From Eledone cirrhosa (taxonomy: Eukaryota), in assembly GCA_964016885.1 (NCBI GenBank), contig OZ024741.1:25606001-25670000 (forward strand): a stretch of 64,000 bases of DNA, given 5' to 3'. Below are positions 10,450 through 20,807 of the stretch, piece after piece. The notes beneath the pieces were generated by a model that saw only the letters and a list, made by a program, of their open reading frames with translations, was not told the origin of the DNA and did no database searches. The translations under genes and the position numbers were made by a program. How positions within the stretch are numbered: position 1 is the first letter of the stretch; the number at the start of each line of letters is the position of its first letter.

Positions 10450-13400
10450 ACACGGCACAGTCTCCTCTGATGCTCCCAAATAATTGTGCATTCTTTATAA
10501 CTGACACGTTTTTCCAAGCTCGATGTCTTGTGGATACAGGCGCTGCTTGCAGCATATGGCTGCTAAAACTTCTCAAAGAGAAGCCGCCAGTTTCATCCAT
10601 TTCTCTGCAAGCCGTAAATCATTCTCCTATCTCCACGTATGGTCAAATTTCTCGTTCTTTGAACCTGGAATTGCAAAGAGACTTCACGTGGATTTTCACG
10701 GTCGCTGATTTGCCTACCCTATTCTAGGCTTGGATTTCCTGCACCACTATAACCTCTTACTGGATATGCGCAGACGACGGTTGTTGGATGCTAATACGGA
10801 ACTCTCCGTTCCGGGTTTGAAATCTACTGTCTCATCTATCAGCCCGGTATTATTCATCGCCGCTTCAGAGGACCCTTTCCAGTCGCTTTTAAATTCCTTC
10901 CTGGAATTGACAAATTTTAATTTTGTGCTGAGCAAGCCTACTCCCTCCACAAAACATTATATCGAAACTTCTGGCGCTCCTGTATTTTCTCGCCCTCGCC
11001 GCCTCCCTGCAGAGAAATTGAAAGCAGCGAAGGCTGAATTTAACCACATGCTACAGCTGGGGATCATACACCCATCCTCAAGTCCGTGGGCCACTCCTTT
11101 GCATTTGGTTCCGAAGCGTTCCGGTGATTGGCGTCCCACTGGGGACTTTCGCCGGTTAAACGCGATGACGGTACCCGATGGCTACCCGATCCCACACATA
11201 CAAGATTTCGCGTCTTCGCTTCATGGATGTAAGAGATTCTCCAAATTGGATTTGGTCAAGGCTTACCACCAGATTCCAATGAACCCGGCAGATATACCTA
11301 AAACTGCCATAACAACTCCTTTCGGAGCGTTCGAATTTCTGACTATGCCTTTCGGTTTTCGAAACGCAGCCAGTACTTTCCGTTTCATGGATGACGTTGT
11401 GCACGATTTGGACTTCGTGTATAACTACATTGATGACATTCTCGTAGCAAGTGCCTCACCCGAGGAACATGTCACTCACCTCCGTCTACTGTTTGAGCGG
11501 TTTCAGCAGTATCAGGTGCAAATCAACCCGGCGAAATGTGTTTTCGGTGCGTCTTCACTTGTCTTCTTGGGCCATGTTATCAGCCCTGAGGGAATCTTAC
11601 CACTGCCTGACAAGGTGAAAGCTCTGCAAGACCTTCAACCACCCACTTCACTTCGCCAGCTACGACATTTCCTTGGTCTGCTGAACTACTACAGACGTTT
11701 TATCCCACACTGTGCGGATCTCCTGTCTCCTTTATCCGACCTGTTACGTAACAGGAAAAGGAAAAATGAATCCATCACACTGGACACGAGTCAGCTAAAG
11801 GCCTTCAACGAAGTGAAGCAGAAAATTGCGAAGACATCGTTACTTGCACATCCTATGCCTGGTGCCCAGTTTTCCCTGGTCGTTGATGCATTGGGCACAG
11901 CTGTAGGTGTAGTTTTGCAACAGCATCACTAACAACAACTACAACCTCTCGCGTACTTCTCGAGGCAACTGAAACCTGCAGAAACATGATATAGCACGTT
12001 CGGCCGTGAACTCCTGGCTATGTACCTCGCAGTGAAACACTTTCGGCCTTCACTGGAGGGTCGTCAATTTGCGATCTACACTGATCATCGTCTGCTTACG
12101 TTCGCACTGCGTTCTAAGCCGGATAAATATTCACCTCGCGAAACTCATTTGGACTTTGTTTCGCAATTTACCAGCGATATCCGACACATCTCCGGTGAGC
12201 AGAGTGCGGCGGCAGATGCCTTGTCTCGCCTCCCAATCAATTCCCTGTCATCACCTTCGGCTACTGACCTTCAACAGATAGCCACAGAACAGCCACCCCT
12301 GGATACCTTGGATCTTTCGTCTCCTTAATTTGCAACTGGCAAATTTTCATATCAACCTGTGCCCACTTCGGACACAGATTATTTGTGACACCTCGACGGA
12401 TTCACCTCGTCCTCTAGTTCCAGCGACTCATCGTCGTGCAGTTTTCGAGACCTTGCACGGTCTAGCACACCCTGGCATGTCGACCACAGTGAAGCTCATT
12501 TCAGTTAGATACTTCTGGTCGAATATGAGGCGTGACATCACTGCCTGGCCACGTTCCTGCTCGTTCTGCCAGAAGTCAAAGGTGCACAAACACATCCGCG
12601 CACCCCTCGGAACTTTCAGCACTCCAGACGCTCGGTTCAGTCATGTCCATATAGATCTCGTTGGGCCATGGCCGGTCAGCCAAGGATTTACCTATCTCCT
12701 CACCTGTATTGATCGCTTCACACGTTGGCCTGAAGCCATTCCTTTAAGTGACATTTCGGCGGAATCTGTATCGCGAGCTCTAGTATCGGGTTGGATATCG
12801 CGTTACGGAGTTCCAACCACTGTCACCACGGACCGTGGTGGACAGTTTGAGACCCATCTCTTCCGAGAACTTTCAAGGATCCTGGGAATTAAGTGCATCC
12901 AAACGACTAGCTACCATCCAGCTTCGAACGGAATGATAGAGCGCTTCCACCGCCAATTGAAAGCCGCATTGCACGCTTATCCGGATCAACAACAATGGAG
13001 CGAGTATGTACCAATTGTCCTTCTTGGCTGTCGTGCAGCTATCAGGGAGGATCTAGGATACTCCCCAGCTGAACTGGTTTACGGAGTACCTATATCTTTG
13101 CCGGGTCAGATGTTGACCCCAATGGATTTACCTGAAACAGATCTAGCTCTGTATGTGAACAGACTGCGATCCTATTTTGGCAATCTTCGGCAACAGACAG
13201 TCTTCGGTCCCGAAAGACATTGCTTCGTGGACCCACGTCTTTCTATGGAAGGATGCCGTGAGAGCTCCTCTCACGTCACCTTATACCGGTCCTTATTGTG
13301 TGCTTGCACGCACAGATAAACTGTTCCCTCTGGACATTGGTGGTAAAAAAGAGACTGTATCCATCGATAGGGTGAACGGGCCTTTACAGACACTCATACA

Positions 13401-13575
13401 AGAGCCCCATATTCCCCCTACATATACTCTACATCAGCCAACACACGCTACACATGCAACATTGCACACACTTTCTCCACCTACACCTACATATGTCACC
13501 ACCACACGTAGTGGTCGCCAAGTACATTGGCCCAAGAAGCTTTGCAAGACTATATATATGAACTATGTTATATAG
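10425..13575 (+). pseudogene. pol: Gypsy pol (protease, RT, RNase H, integrase), disrupted
   Basis: LVDTGA (PR), YIDD (RT), YTDH/ADALSR (RH), H..H..C..C plus [21 protein letters not shown] (IN); in-frame stops at ~11930 and ~11988 and several frameshifts. Confidence 0.95.
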
Positions 13576-13824
13576 AGCAAACTTTTTGAGTTCTTGTCCT
13601 CTCTTGTATTTATATTAAATGCATTAATTAATGTGAACTTTGGACTATTTCTGCTGCTCAGTTTTTTTTTATGTTCTTCTTTTTCTCTGAAGCAAAACGC
13701 AGACATTCCTGTGAAATGAATATTTAGTTTTCTGTGAATTGATATTGCTTATTATATATTTACTGTTATATTTTTTTTTCTTTCTTGCAACTGCTACCCT
13801 TTTTTCTCTGTCGGCTTTAAGCCT

Positions 13825-13837
13825 AAGCAGGGGGTGA
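13825..13837 (+). promoter_or_regulatory. Polypurine tract
   Basis: AAGCAGGGGGTGA immediately before the 3' LTR. Confidence 0.75.
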
Positions 13838-14192
13838 TGTAGCAGTAATATATATCCTTTGTAATTAAATGTATTTTCCTTCGGCGAAAGAAAAATGTTA
13901 CGGAAGTAAATTGGCTGAAGTGTGAGCCAATCAAAACTTCGGCGTAGCGATACAAGTAACTGGACTACTTAGACCAGAGAACGGAAGTTAAGACAGAAGA
14001 CCAGTCTCCAGAAAAATCTGCTATCATCAAAACGTTGATTCTTCGATACGCCATATCCTGTCGTATCTCACACATGGAAATACAGGCAAAACGACTTTCA
14101 CAGTGTGAAGCAAGAATAAACGAAGTACATACTTGTAATGGAGTTTGTCTATTTAATGCTTTCTGATCTAACGACTTACATTCTTCATTATA
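13838..14192 (+). repeat. 3' LTR (TG...TA)
   Basis: Direct repeat of 5258-5613, followed by TSD AATC. Confidence 0.95.
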
Positions 14193-14340
14193 AATCTTCT
14201 GTTGTAGAAACTTCACAGTTAAACCAGAAACAAATAAATAATGGACTTTAAAGCCCCCACCTATGTAGGTTTCCTTGGTTTCCTGAGAGATTATACATCT
14301 TAAGGGGTTTTAATGAAAGGGGCCACTGTCTTGTCATGAA

Positions 14341-14632
14341 AAGCAATGTGAAATTAAGTGTCTTGCTCAAGAATACAACACACCATCTAGTCCAAGAATT
14401 GAACCCATTATCTTATGATCATTCATAGACCCACGGGTACACCCTCAGCAACATGGTTGGATAACATCCATGAGCTTGGCTGGTCTCACTTGGGAATTCA
14501 GCCAGATCAGTTGGAGACAGTTGCTTCTGACAGGACCTGTTGGAAGGAGTGTTTGAGGAATCTTCCCCCATGACCCTCTCAGGAATAAGTGGGACAAGAA
14601 GACCTTATGACCATGAGTCCAACATCCTAACA
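14341..14632. mobile_element. Degraded minus-strand CORE-SINE head interrupted by a short plus-strand 3' fragment of another RTE-like LINE
   Basis: SINE head split around a CTTATGA(T/C)CAT duplication; the insert resembles fragments at ~47200-47545 and ~60430-60750. Confidence 0.5.
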
Positions 14633-14729
14633 ATATGTTTTGACAAGTTAAATGAGAATAAAGGATAGAATCACAGTAGCATGATTGAAAGACAAACAGT
14701 ATATTGTATGATTAAAAGTGTTATCTTAC

Positions 14730-14850
14730 CTTCCTGCAAGTTTCATGAAACCTGTATCAGCAAGAGGCCCAGAACACATTTCACAGCGGAAGCATTCAGG
14801 GTGCCAACTGTTATTCATAGCTTTTATCACACGGCCAATAATGAACTCAC
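14730..14850 (-). CDS. LIMS1: PINCH/LIMS coding exon (LIM2): (G)[39 protein letters not shown](R)
   Basis: tttcatAG acceptor and GTAAGA donor; 121 nt, phase 1/2; near-invariant PINCH LIM2 sequence. Confidence 0.97.
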
Positions 14851-15231
14851 CTATGAAAATTGGAAAATATAATTACAGTAAGATATATAGAGTTAGAGTA
14901 GGATATCACATAGACCAGCTACAGAAATATCATATATATAAATGTAGAATACCACAGAAATATGATATAAAATCACAGAAAGATATATCGAGCTACAGTA
15001 AGATATGTTTGAAGGAAGAAAACATTGCAGAGAAGAAACTATGATTAAAATAACATACTCATACATATCTATATATATTTAGCTGGCATCCTATGAGGTT
15101 TCTTGGCTATTTTAATGAGAGGGGCCCTCAGTTAAATCATGAAAAGCAACATGAAATAAAACATCTTGAAGAATCAAATTCATAGTTTTATGATTGTGAG
15201 TTAATACCCTAACCACCTGGCTATGTGTCTT

Positions 15232-15265
<34 letters not shown>

Positions 15266-15448
15266 CACACACACACACAAATACACATATATATACACAC
15301 ACACATATATATATATATATACACACACACATATATACACACACATATACACACACATATATATATACACACACATATATATACATACACACACATATAT
15401 ACACACACACATATATATACACACACACACACAAATACACATATATAT

Positions 15449-15483
<35 letters not shown>

Positions 15484-15794
15484 CACACACACATATATAT
15501 ATACACATATACACACACATATATATATACACACACACATATATACACACACACATATATATACATACACACACATATATACACACACACATAAATACAC
15601 ATATATACACACACACACATATATATATATATACACACACACATATATATATATACACACACATATATATACATACACACACATATATACACACACACAT
15701 ATATATACACACACACACACGCACACATATATATATATATATATATATATGGATGTAGCTCAGTGATGTAGCATATATATATATATATATATAT
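15232..15794. repeat. Compound (CA)n/(TA)n microsatellite
   Basis: Direct inspection; explains the CVYI/HTYI ORFs. Confidence 0.97.
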
Positions 15795-18700
15795 TTCGTA
15801 TCAAGTCCAAATAGCCAATCTATCGCTAAAACAAACTACATTTTCTGTTTCTATTAATTGCTAAATACGTAAGTTTTTGGACGTATTTAACAGAACAAAT
15901 TTTGTATTTTTGTTAATCGCTTGTTAAATGCAAGGACCCCATTCAATCATTACCTTCTTGCTAGCTACCCAACACCCCTCCCTCCCACCCCCACGCACCA
16001 CCATTGCTATTACGTGGACCAATCATAAAACAGAGCCCCCACGCATCACCAGTATTATTACGCGGACCAATCAGAAACCAGAGGCCTATACTATCGCTTG
16101 CCTGGTTGCCTTTCGATATATGATGGATGGATGGACTGCGGAATCCTGGAGAGTGGAGGTGAGAGAGAAAAATCTGGACGCTCAGCGACAATGCCAAAGA
16201 TAAAGACAAATTCACCTCTTGGACGAGAATGCGAGCACTCCTCATTGTTTCGACCGCGGACGGCTAACATAACCCCATCGCCCCCCGCCCCTCACCGCCC
16301 CCAACCCCCAAACTTCAGAGTTGGTACCATAAATGTAGGCACCCTAAAGGGTCGCGCTAACGAGGTTGTAGAAATGCTTGAACGTAAGGAGGTCGATGTT
16401 TGTTGTATTCAAGAGACCAGGTGGAGGGGTGGGTCTGCTAGGTTCATTGAGGGTAAAAAACGATGTTATAAGCTTTTCTGGGTGGGAAACGACGATGGGC
16501 TGGGTGGAGTAGGAATCATGGTAGCAGAAAAGTGGGCAGATAAGATAATAGACGTAAATAGAGTGAACGACAGAATAATTAAAATACGACTTGTCCTCAA
16601 TAGAACTACGGTGACAGTAATATCTGCGTACGCACCCCAATCCGGACTGCCCGGCACTATAAAAGACAGATTCTATGAGACACTGATGCTAACTACCTCC
16701 CAAATATCCGACAGTGACTATATAATTATCGCAGGCGACCTAAATGGTCACGTTGGACAACATTGTGACGGCTACGACGAAATCCATGGAGGCTATGGGT
16801 TTGGTACTAGAAACGAGGAAGGCTCCAGAATCCTGGAATTCTGTGATGCAAATAACCTAACTATCTGTAACACTAACTTCAAAAAACGTGACAATCACCT
16901 GATCACCTATAGATCCGGGGAACACACAAGCCAGGTAGATTATATCCTTACCAGAAGACGTGACAGAGTGTCTGTTGTTAACACTAAATCCCTCCCCCAT
17001 GAAGAATGCACCTCCCAACATAGACTGATAATTAGCGACCTCATAGTCAGGACGAGACGTACTCGACAACAGAAGAGGACTATCCTCAGGAGGAAAATAT
17101 GGAAGCTAAAGGACCCCACAGCCAGGAATAAATTTCAAAGCATATTACTTGATGCTTTCGACAGTAAGGAAGAACATTTAGAGTCGGACAATATAGAGGG
17201 AGAGTGGGAATTTCTGAAAGCAAACCTGCTGTTGGCGACAGACGAGGTCTGTGGCTGGAGCAGGCCTGTAGGCAGGAGGAGAGTAACATGGTGGTGGAAC
17301 AGTAAGGTGGAGGGGTCAATTAAGGCCAAAAAGCAGGCTTGGAAAGTATGGCGGGATGGGGGAAGTAGAGAGGACTATCAAGTGGCCAGGAGGGAAGCTA
17401 GGAGACAAGTGTACTTAGCAAGAAGGGAAGCTGAGGAAAGAAAGTTCAAGCATGTTCTACAACGCGATGACCAAAAACGTGAGGTATTCAGGATTGCTAG
17501 GCAATGCGTCAAGGGAAACCGTGATATTGTCGGGGAGAAGTGTGTACTAAACGACGATGGCACACTTGCCATCACCGACGCTGATAAGAAGGTAGCTTGG
17601 AAGTGTCACTATGAAAGGCTACTAAATGAGGAGAATAATTGGGAGAAAGGCAGTCTCCCCCATATCGACCCAATAGAGGGACCAGCAGTGTTAGTCGAGG
17701 GGAGTATAATAAGTAAGGCAATCAAGGATATGAAGACTGGTAAGGCGGCTGGGCCTTCGGAAATAGTTGCTGAGATGCTGAAGGCATCTGGCACGGTGGG
17801 ACACACCATGGTCACCCGCATAGTTAACCAAGTCGTACAGAATGGGGTTGTTCCGAAGGACTGGCATAGCAGCATCATCGTTAACTGTTATAAGGGTAAA
17901 GGAGACGCCCTAGATAGGAGTAACTATAGAGGCATTAAATTAATCGACCAGGTCATGAAGGTCACGGAAAAAGTAATAGCGCAACTAATCAGAGAGAGAA
18001 TTGACCTAGATGAAATGCAGTTCGGGTTTGTGTCAGGCAAAAGTACCACAGACGCTCTTTTCATAGTACGACAACTACAGGAGAAGTACCTAGCTAAAGG
18101 TAAACCCCTCTACTTAGCTTTTGTCGACTTGGAGAAAGCCTTCGACAGAGTCCCCCGCTCCATTATCTGGTGGGCTCTTAGAAAACTAGGCGTTGACGAA
18201 TGGCTTGTGAGGGCTATACAAGCCATGTATAAAGAAACAGTCAGCAAGGTTAGAATTAACAACGAATATAGTGAAGAGTTTAGCGTAAAAGTTGGCGTCC
18301 ATCAGGGCTCTGTTCTCAGTCCACTACTATTTATTATTGCCCTTCAGGCTATAACAGAGGAGTTCAAGACAGGCTGCCCATGGGAACTCCTATACGCAGA
18401 CGACCTGACACTCATAGCGGAATCAATGGCCGAGCTAGAGAAGAAATTCCAAACATGGAAGCACGGCCTAGAGTCAAAAGGACTTAAAATTAACCTGGCT
18501 AAGACCAAAGTACTAGTTTGTAGGAAAGAAAACAAGGCGGCGGTCCCTTCTGGGAAATGGTCGTGCTCGGTGTGTAGGAAAGGCGTAGGTAGAAACTCCA
18601 TTTTATGTCCTAAATGCAAAGTATGGGTGCATAAAAGATGTAGTGGGATCACAGGTAAGCTAACTAAGAACATAGATTTTACATGTGGCCGGTGCTCTGG

Positions 18701-19744
18701 TGCAATAAGTAGCAGCAAGTGCCCACAAACTACTAGCTCTTTCAATTGCGCAGAGGGTTCTATAGAAATAGTGGACAGCTTCCGTTACCTGGGCGATAAA
18801 ATCAGCAGTGGGGGAGGGTGCTCTGAAAGTACTGTAGCTAGAGTCAGAACTGGTTGGAAAAAGTTCAGAGAGCTTATACCACTATTAGCTGCTAAAGGGT
18901 TCTCACTAAAAATGAAAGGCAGGTTGTACGATGCCTGCATACGAACAGCAATGCTGCATGGCAGTGAGACCTGGGCATTGTGTGCAGAGGATATACGCAG
19001 ACTAGAGAGGAACGAAGCTTGCATGCTCCGCTGGATGTGTAACAGTAATATACGTGAACGGCAAAGCATAAACGAACTAAGGAAAAAATTAGAGATAAGA
19101 GGGATCAGATGTTGTTTACTCGAGAGAAGGCTACGTTGGTATGGACACGTGATGCGCATGAAAGTCGATAGCTGTATAACAAAGTGCAGGGCAATAAAGA
19201 TAGACGGTAGTCACGGAATAGGCAGACCTAGAAAAACCTGGGACGAGCTGATAAACTCCGACATCACACACTTACACCTCTCCAAGACAATGTCACTGGA
19301 CCGAGACCTTTGGCGGTACTCAGTAACAGAGAAGACCCGCCTTACCTAAATATATAGTAAAACCTACTCCAGCCAGTAGGCATCTCTAACAAAATACACC
19401 CCGTCCCACCACCACCACCCCCACCCGATCCACACCACCCCGTTCTATGTAAAGTTATGTTGGTGCCGCGCCATCGAGGCCGAAACAAATGAGATCGTGT
19501 AGGTGTCACGACAAAAAAACACACAGTCCACGCTGTAATGTGGCCGTGTAGGCAACACGGTAAAAACCTCCCAGACCCACACTGTAAATGTGGTTGGTGT
19601 TAGGAAGGGCATCCAACTGTAGAAAACCTGCCAGACAGTCCTATGCGAGCAAGACAATCACTCTTGCCTCAAGTGGGACTACCCCCGTCCAAACCCATGC
19701 AAGCGTGGAACACGGACGTTAAACGTTGATGATGATGATGATGA

Positions 19745-19748
<4 letters not shown>
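15795..19748 (+). mobile_element. Apparently full-length, intact RTE-clade LINE
   Basis: 5' UTR, one uninterrupted ORF, 3' UTR with terminal stem-loop (CCATGCAAGCGTGG) and (GAT)n tail; flanked by the duplicated target GGATGTAGCTCAGTGATGTAGC in (TA)n (15751-15772 and 19797-19818). Confidence 0.95.
16131..19349 (+). CDS. RTE LINE protein: APE endonuclease + reverse transcriptase + inserted PHD-type finger
   Basis: GTINVGTL, IQETRW, SAYAPQ, GDLNGHVG, SQHRL (APE); FVDLEKAFD, GVHQGSVLSP, YADD (RT); C4HC3 at 18564-18695. First in-frame ATG is 16131 (alternative 16191). Confidence 0.93.
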   Translation: MDCGILESGGEREKSGRSATMPKIKTNSPLGRECEHSSLFRPRTANITPSPPAPHRPQPPNFRVGTINVGTLKGRANEVVEMLERKEVDVCCIQETRWRGGSARFIEGKKRCYKLFWVGNDDGLGGVGIMVAEKWADKIIDVNRVNDRIIKIRLVLNRTTVTVISAYAPQSGLPGTIKDRFYETLMLTTSQISDSDYIIIAGDLNGHVGQHCDGYDEIHGGYGFGTRNEEGSRILEFCDANNLTICNTNFKKRDNHLITYRSGEHTSQVDYILTRRRDRVSVVNTKSLPHEECTSQHRLIISDLIVRTRRTRQQKRTILRRKIWKLKDPTARNKFQSILLDAFDSKEEHLESDNIEGEWEFLKANLLLATDEVCGWSRPVGRRRVTWWWNSKVEGSIKAKKQAWKVWRDGGSREDYQVARREARRQVYLARREAEERKFKHVLQRDDQKREVFRIARQCVKGNRDIVGEKCVLNDDGTLAITDADKKVAWKCHYERLLNEENNWEKGSLPHIDPIEGPAVLVEGSIISKAIKDMKTGKAAGPSEIVAEMLKASGTVGHTMVTRIVNQVVQNGVVPKDWHSSIIVNCYKGKGDALDRSNYRGIKLIDQVMKVTEKVIAQLIRERIDLDEMQFGFVSGKSTTDALFIVRQLQEKYLAKGKPLYLAFVDLEKAFDRVPRSIIWWALRKLGVDEWLVRAIQAMYKETVSKVRINNEYSEEFSVKVGVHQGSVLSPLLFIIALQAITEEFKTGCPWELLYADDLTLIAESMAELEKKFQTWKHGLESKGLKINLAKTKVLVCRKENKAAVPSGKWSCSVCRKGVGRNSILCPKCKVWVHKRCSGITGKLTKNIDFTCGRCSGAISSSKCPQTTSSFNCAEGSIEIVDSFRYLGDKISSGGGCSESTVARVRTGWKKFRELIPLLAAKGFSLKMKGRLYDACIRTAMLHGSETWALCAEDIRRLERNEACMLRWMCNSNIRERQSINELRKKLEIRGIRCCLLERRLRWYGHVMRMKVDSCITKCRAIKIDGSHGIGRPRKTWDELINSDITHLHLSKTMSLDRDLWRYSVTEKTRLT

Positions 19749-19798
<50 letters not shown>

Positions 19799-19833
19799 AT
19801 GTAGCTCAGTGATGTAGCATATATATATATATA

Positions 19834-19905
19834 GGGGATGTAGCTCAGTGGTAGAGCGTTCGCTTCGCATGTGAAAGGCCCCGGTTTCAATCCCCGGCAT
19901 CTCCA
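19834..19905 (+). tRNA. tRNA-Ala, anticodon CGC (one T-stem mismatch; gene or retrocopy)
   Basis: GGGGATG-TA-GCTCAGTGGTAGAGC-G-TTCGC TT-CGC-AT GTGAA-AGGCC-CCGGT TTCAATC CCCGG-CATCTCC-A folds as a cloverleaf; G53 is replaced by T; a T7 run (pol III terminator) follows at 19907-19913. Confidence 0.85.
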
Positions 19906-19974
19906 GTTTTTTTCCGTCTAACCCATGCTAGCGTGGAAGAACGGATGTAAAACGGTGATGATGATGATGATGAT

Positions 19975-20313
19975 GGAGGCACATGGCTTAGTGGTTAGAG
20001 CATTGGCCTTGCAATCGAAAGGTTGTGAGTTCAATTCTCAGACCGGGTGATGTGTTGTTTCCTTGAGCAAGACACTTTATTTCACATTGCTCCAGTTTAC
20101 TCAGCTGTAGAAATGAGATGATAGGGACTGGGGTCCCTATCATTCCACTGCAAAGTGGTCGTGGAGGTGCCACGGCAAAAAAAGCACCCAGCACTCACTG
20201 TAAATGAGGTTGGTGTTAGGAAGGGCATCCAGCTGTAGAAATCAAGCCAGAATCAGTTCCTGTCCCACCCTTGCAAGCAGGGAAAAGCGGACGTAAAATG
20301 AAATGATGATGAT
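19975..20313 (+). mobile_element. CORE-type SINE with RTE tail, full length
   Basis: tRNA-like head GGCACATGGCTTAGTGG...GAGTTCAATTCT, CORE block, GATAGGGAC-TGGG-GTCCCTATC hairpin, RTE-like tail, (GAT)n. Confidence 0.88.
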
Positions 20314-20333
20314 ATATACACACACACACATAT

Positions 20334-20635
20334 ATCATCATTTCATTTTACGTCCGCTTTCCCCTGCTTGCAAGGGTGGGACAGGAACTGATTCTGGCTT
20401 GATTTCTACAGCTGGATGCCCTTCCTAACACCAACCTCATTTACAGTGAGTGCTGGGTGCTTTTTTTTCCGTGGCGCCTCCACGACCACTTTGCAGTGGA
20501 ATGATAGGGACCCCAGTCCCTATCATCTCATTTCTATAGCTGAGTAAACTGGAGCAATGTGAAATAAAGTGTCTTGCTCAAGGAAACAACACATCACCCG
20601 GTCTGAGAATTGAACTCACAACCTTTCGATTGCAA
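20334..20635 (-). mobile_element. 5'-truncated copy of the same SINE, tail-to-tail with the previous one
   Basis: Reverse complement of 20009-20310 with ~4 mismatches. Confidence 0.9.
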
Positions 20636-20756
20636 TATGTATATATATATACATATACACACATATACATACACACACACATATATATACACACACACAC
20701 ATACACACACACATATACACACACACACACATATATATATACACACACACATATAC

Positions 20757-20807
<51 letters not shown>

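Larger units (their letters stand above)
5258..14192 (+). mobile_element. Full-length, decayed Ty3/Gypsy LTR retrotransposon, CsRn1 clade
   Basis: Two ~356-bp LTRs, 4-bp TSD AATC (5254-5257 and 14193-14196), tRNA-Trp PBS, PPT, gag with CX2HX9CX3C knuckle, PR-RT-RH-IN order; stop codons and frameshifts in pol. Confidence 0.97.

Noticed and set aside
15112-15758. Cys/Val/Tyr/Ile- and His/Thr-rich ORFs (also 20578-20837 and 61959-63997)
   Set aside because: Translations of (CA)n/(TA)n microsatellites.
15751-15772. Second tRNA gene
   Set aside because: Only a 22-nt fragment of the tRNA-Ala 5' end, duplicated as part of the RTE target site.
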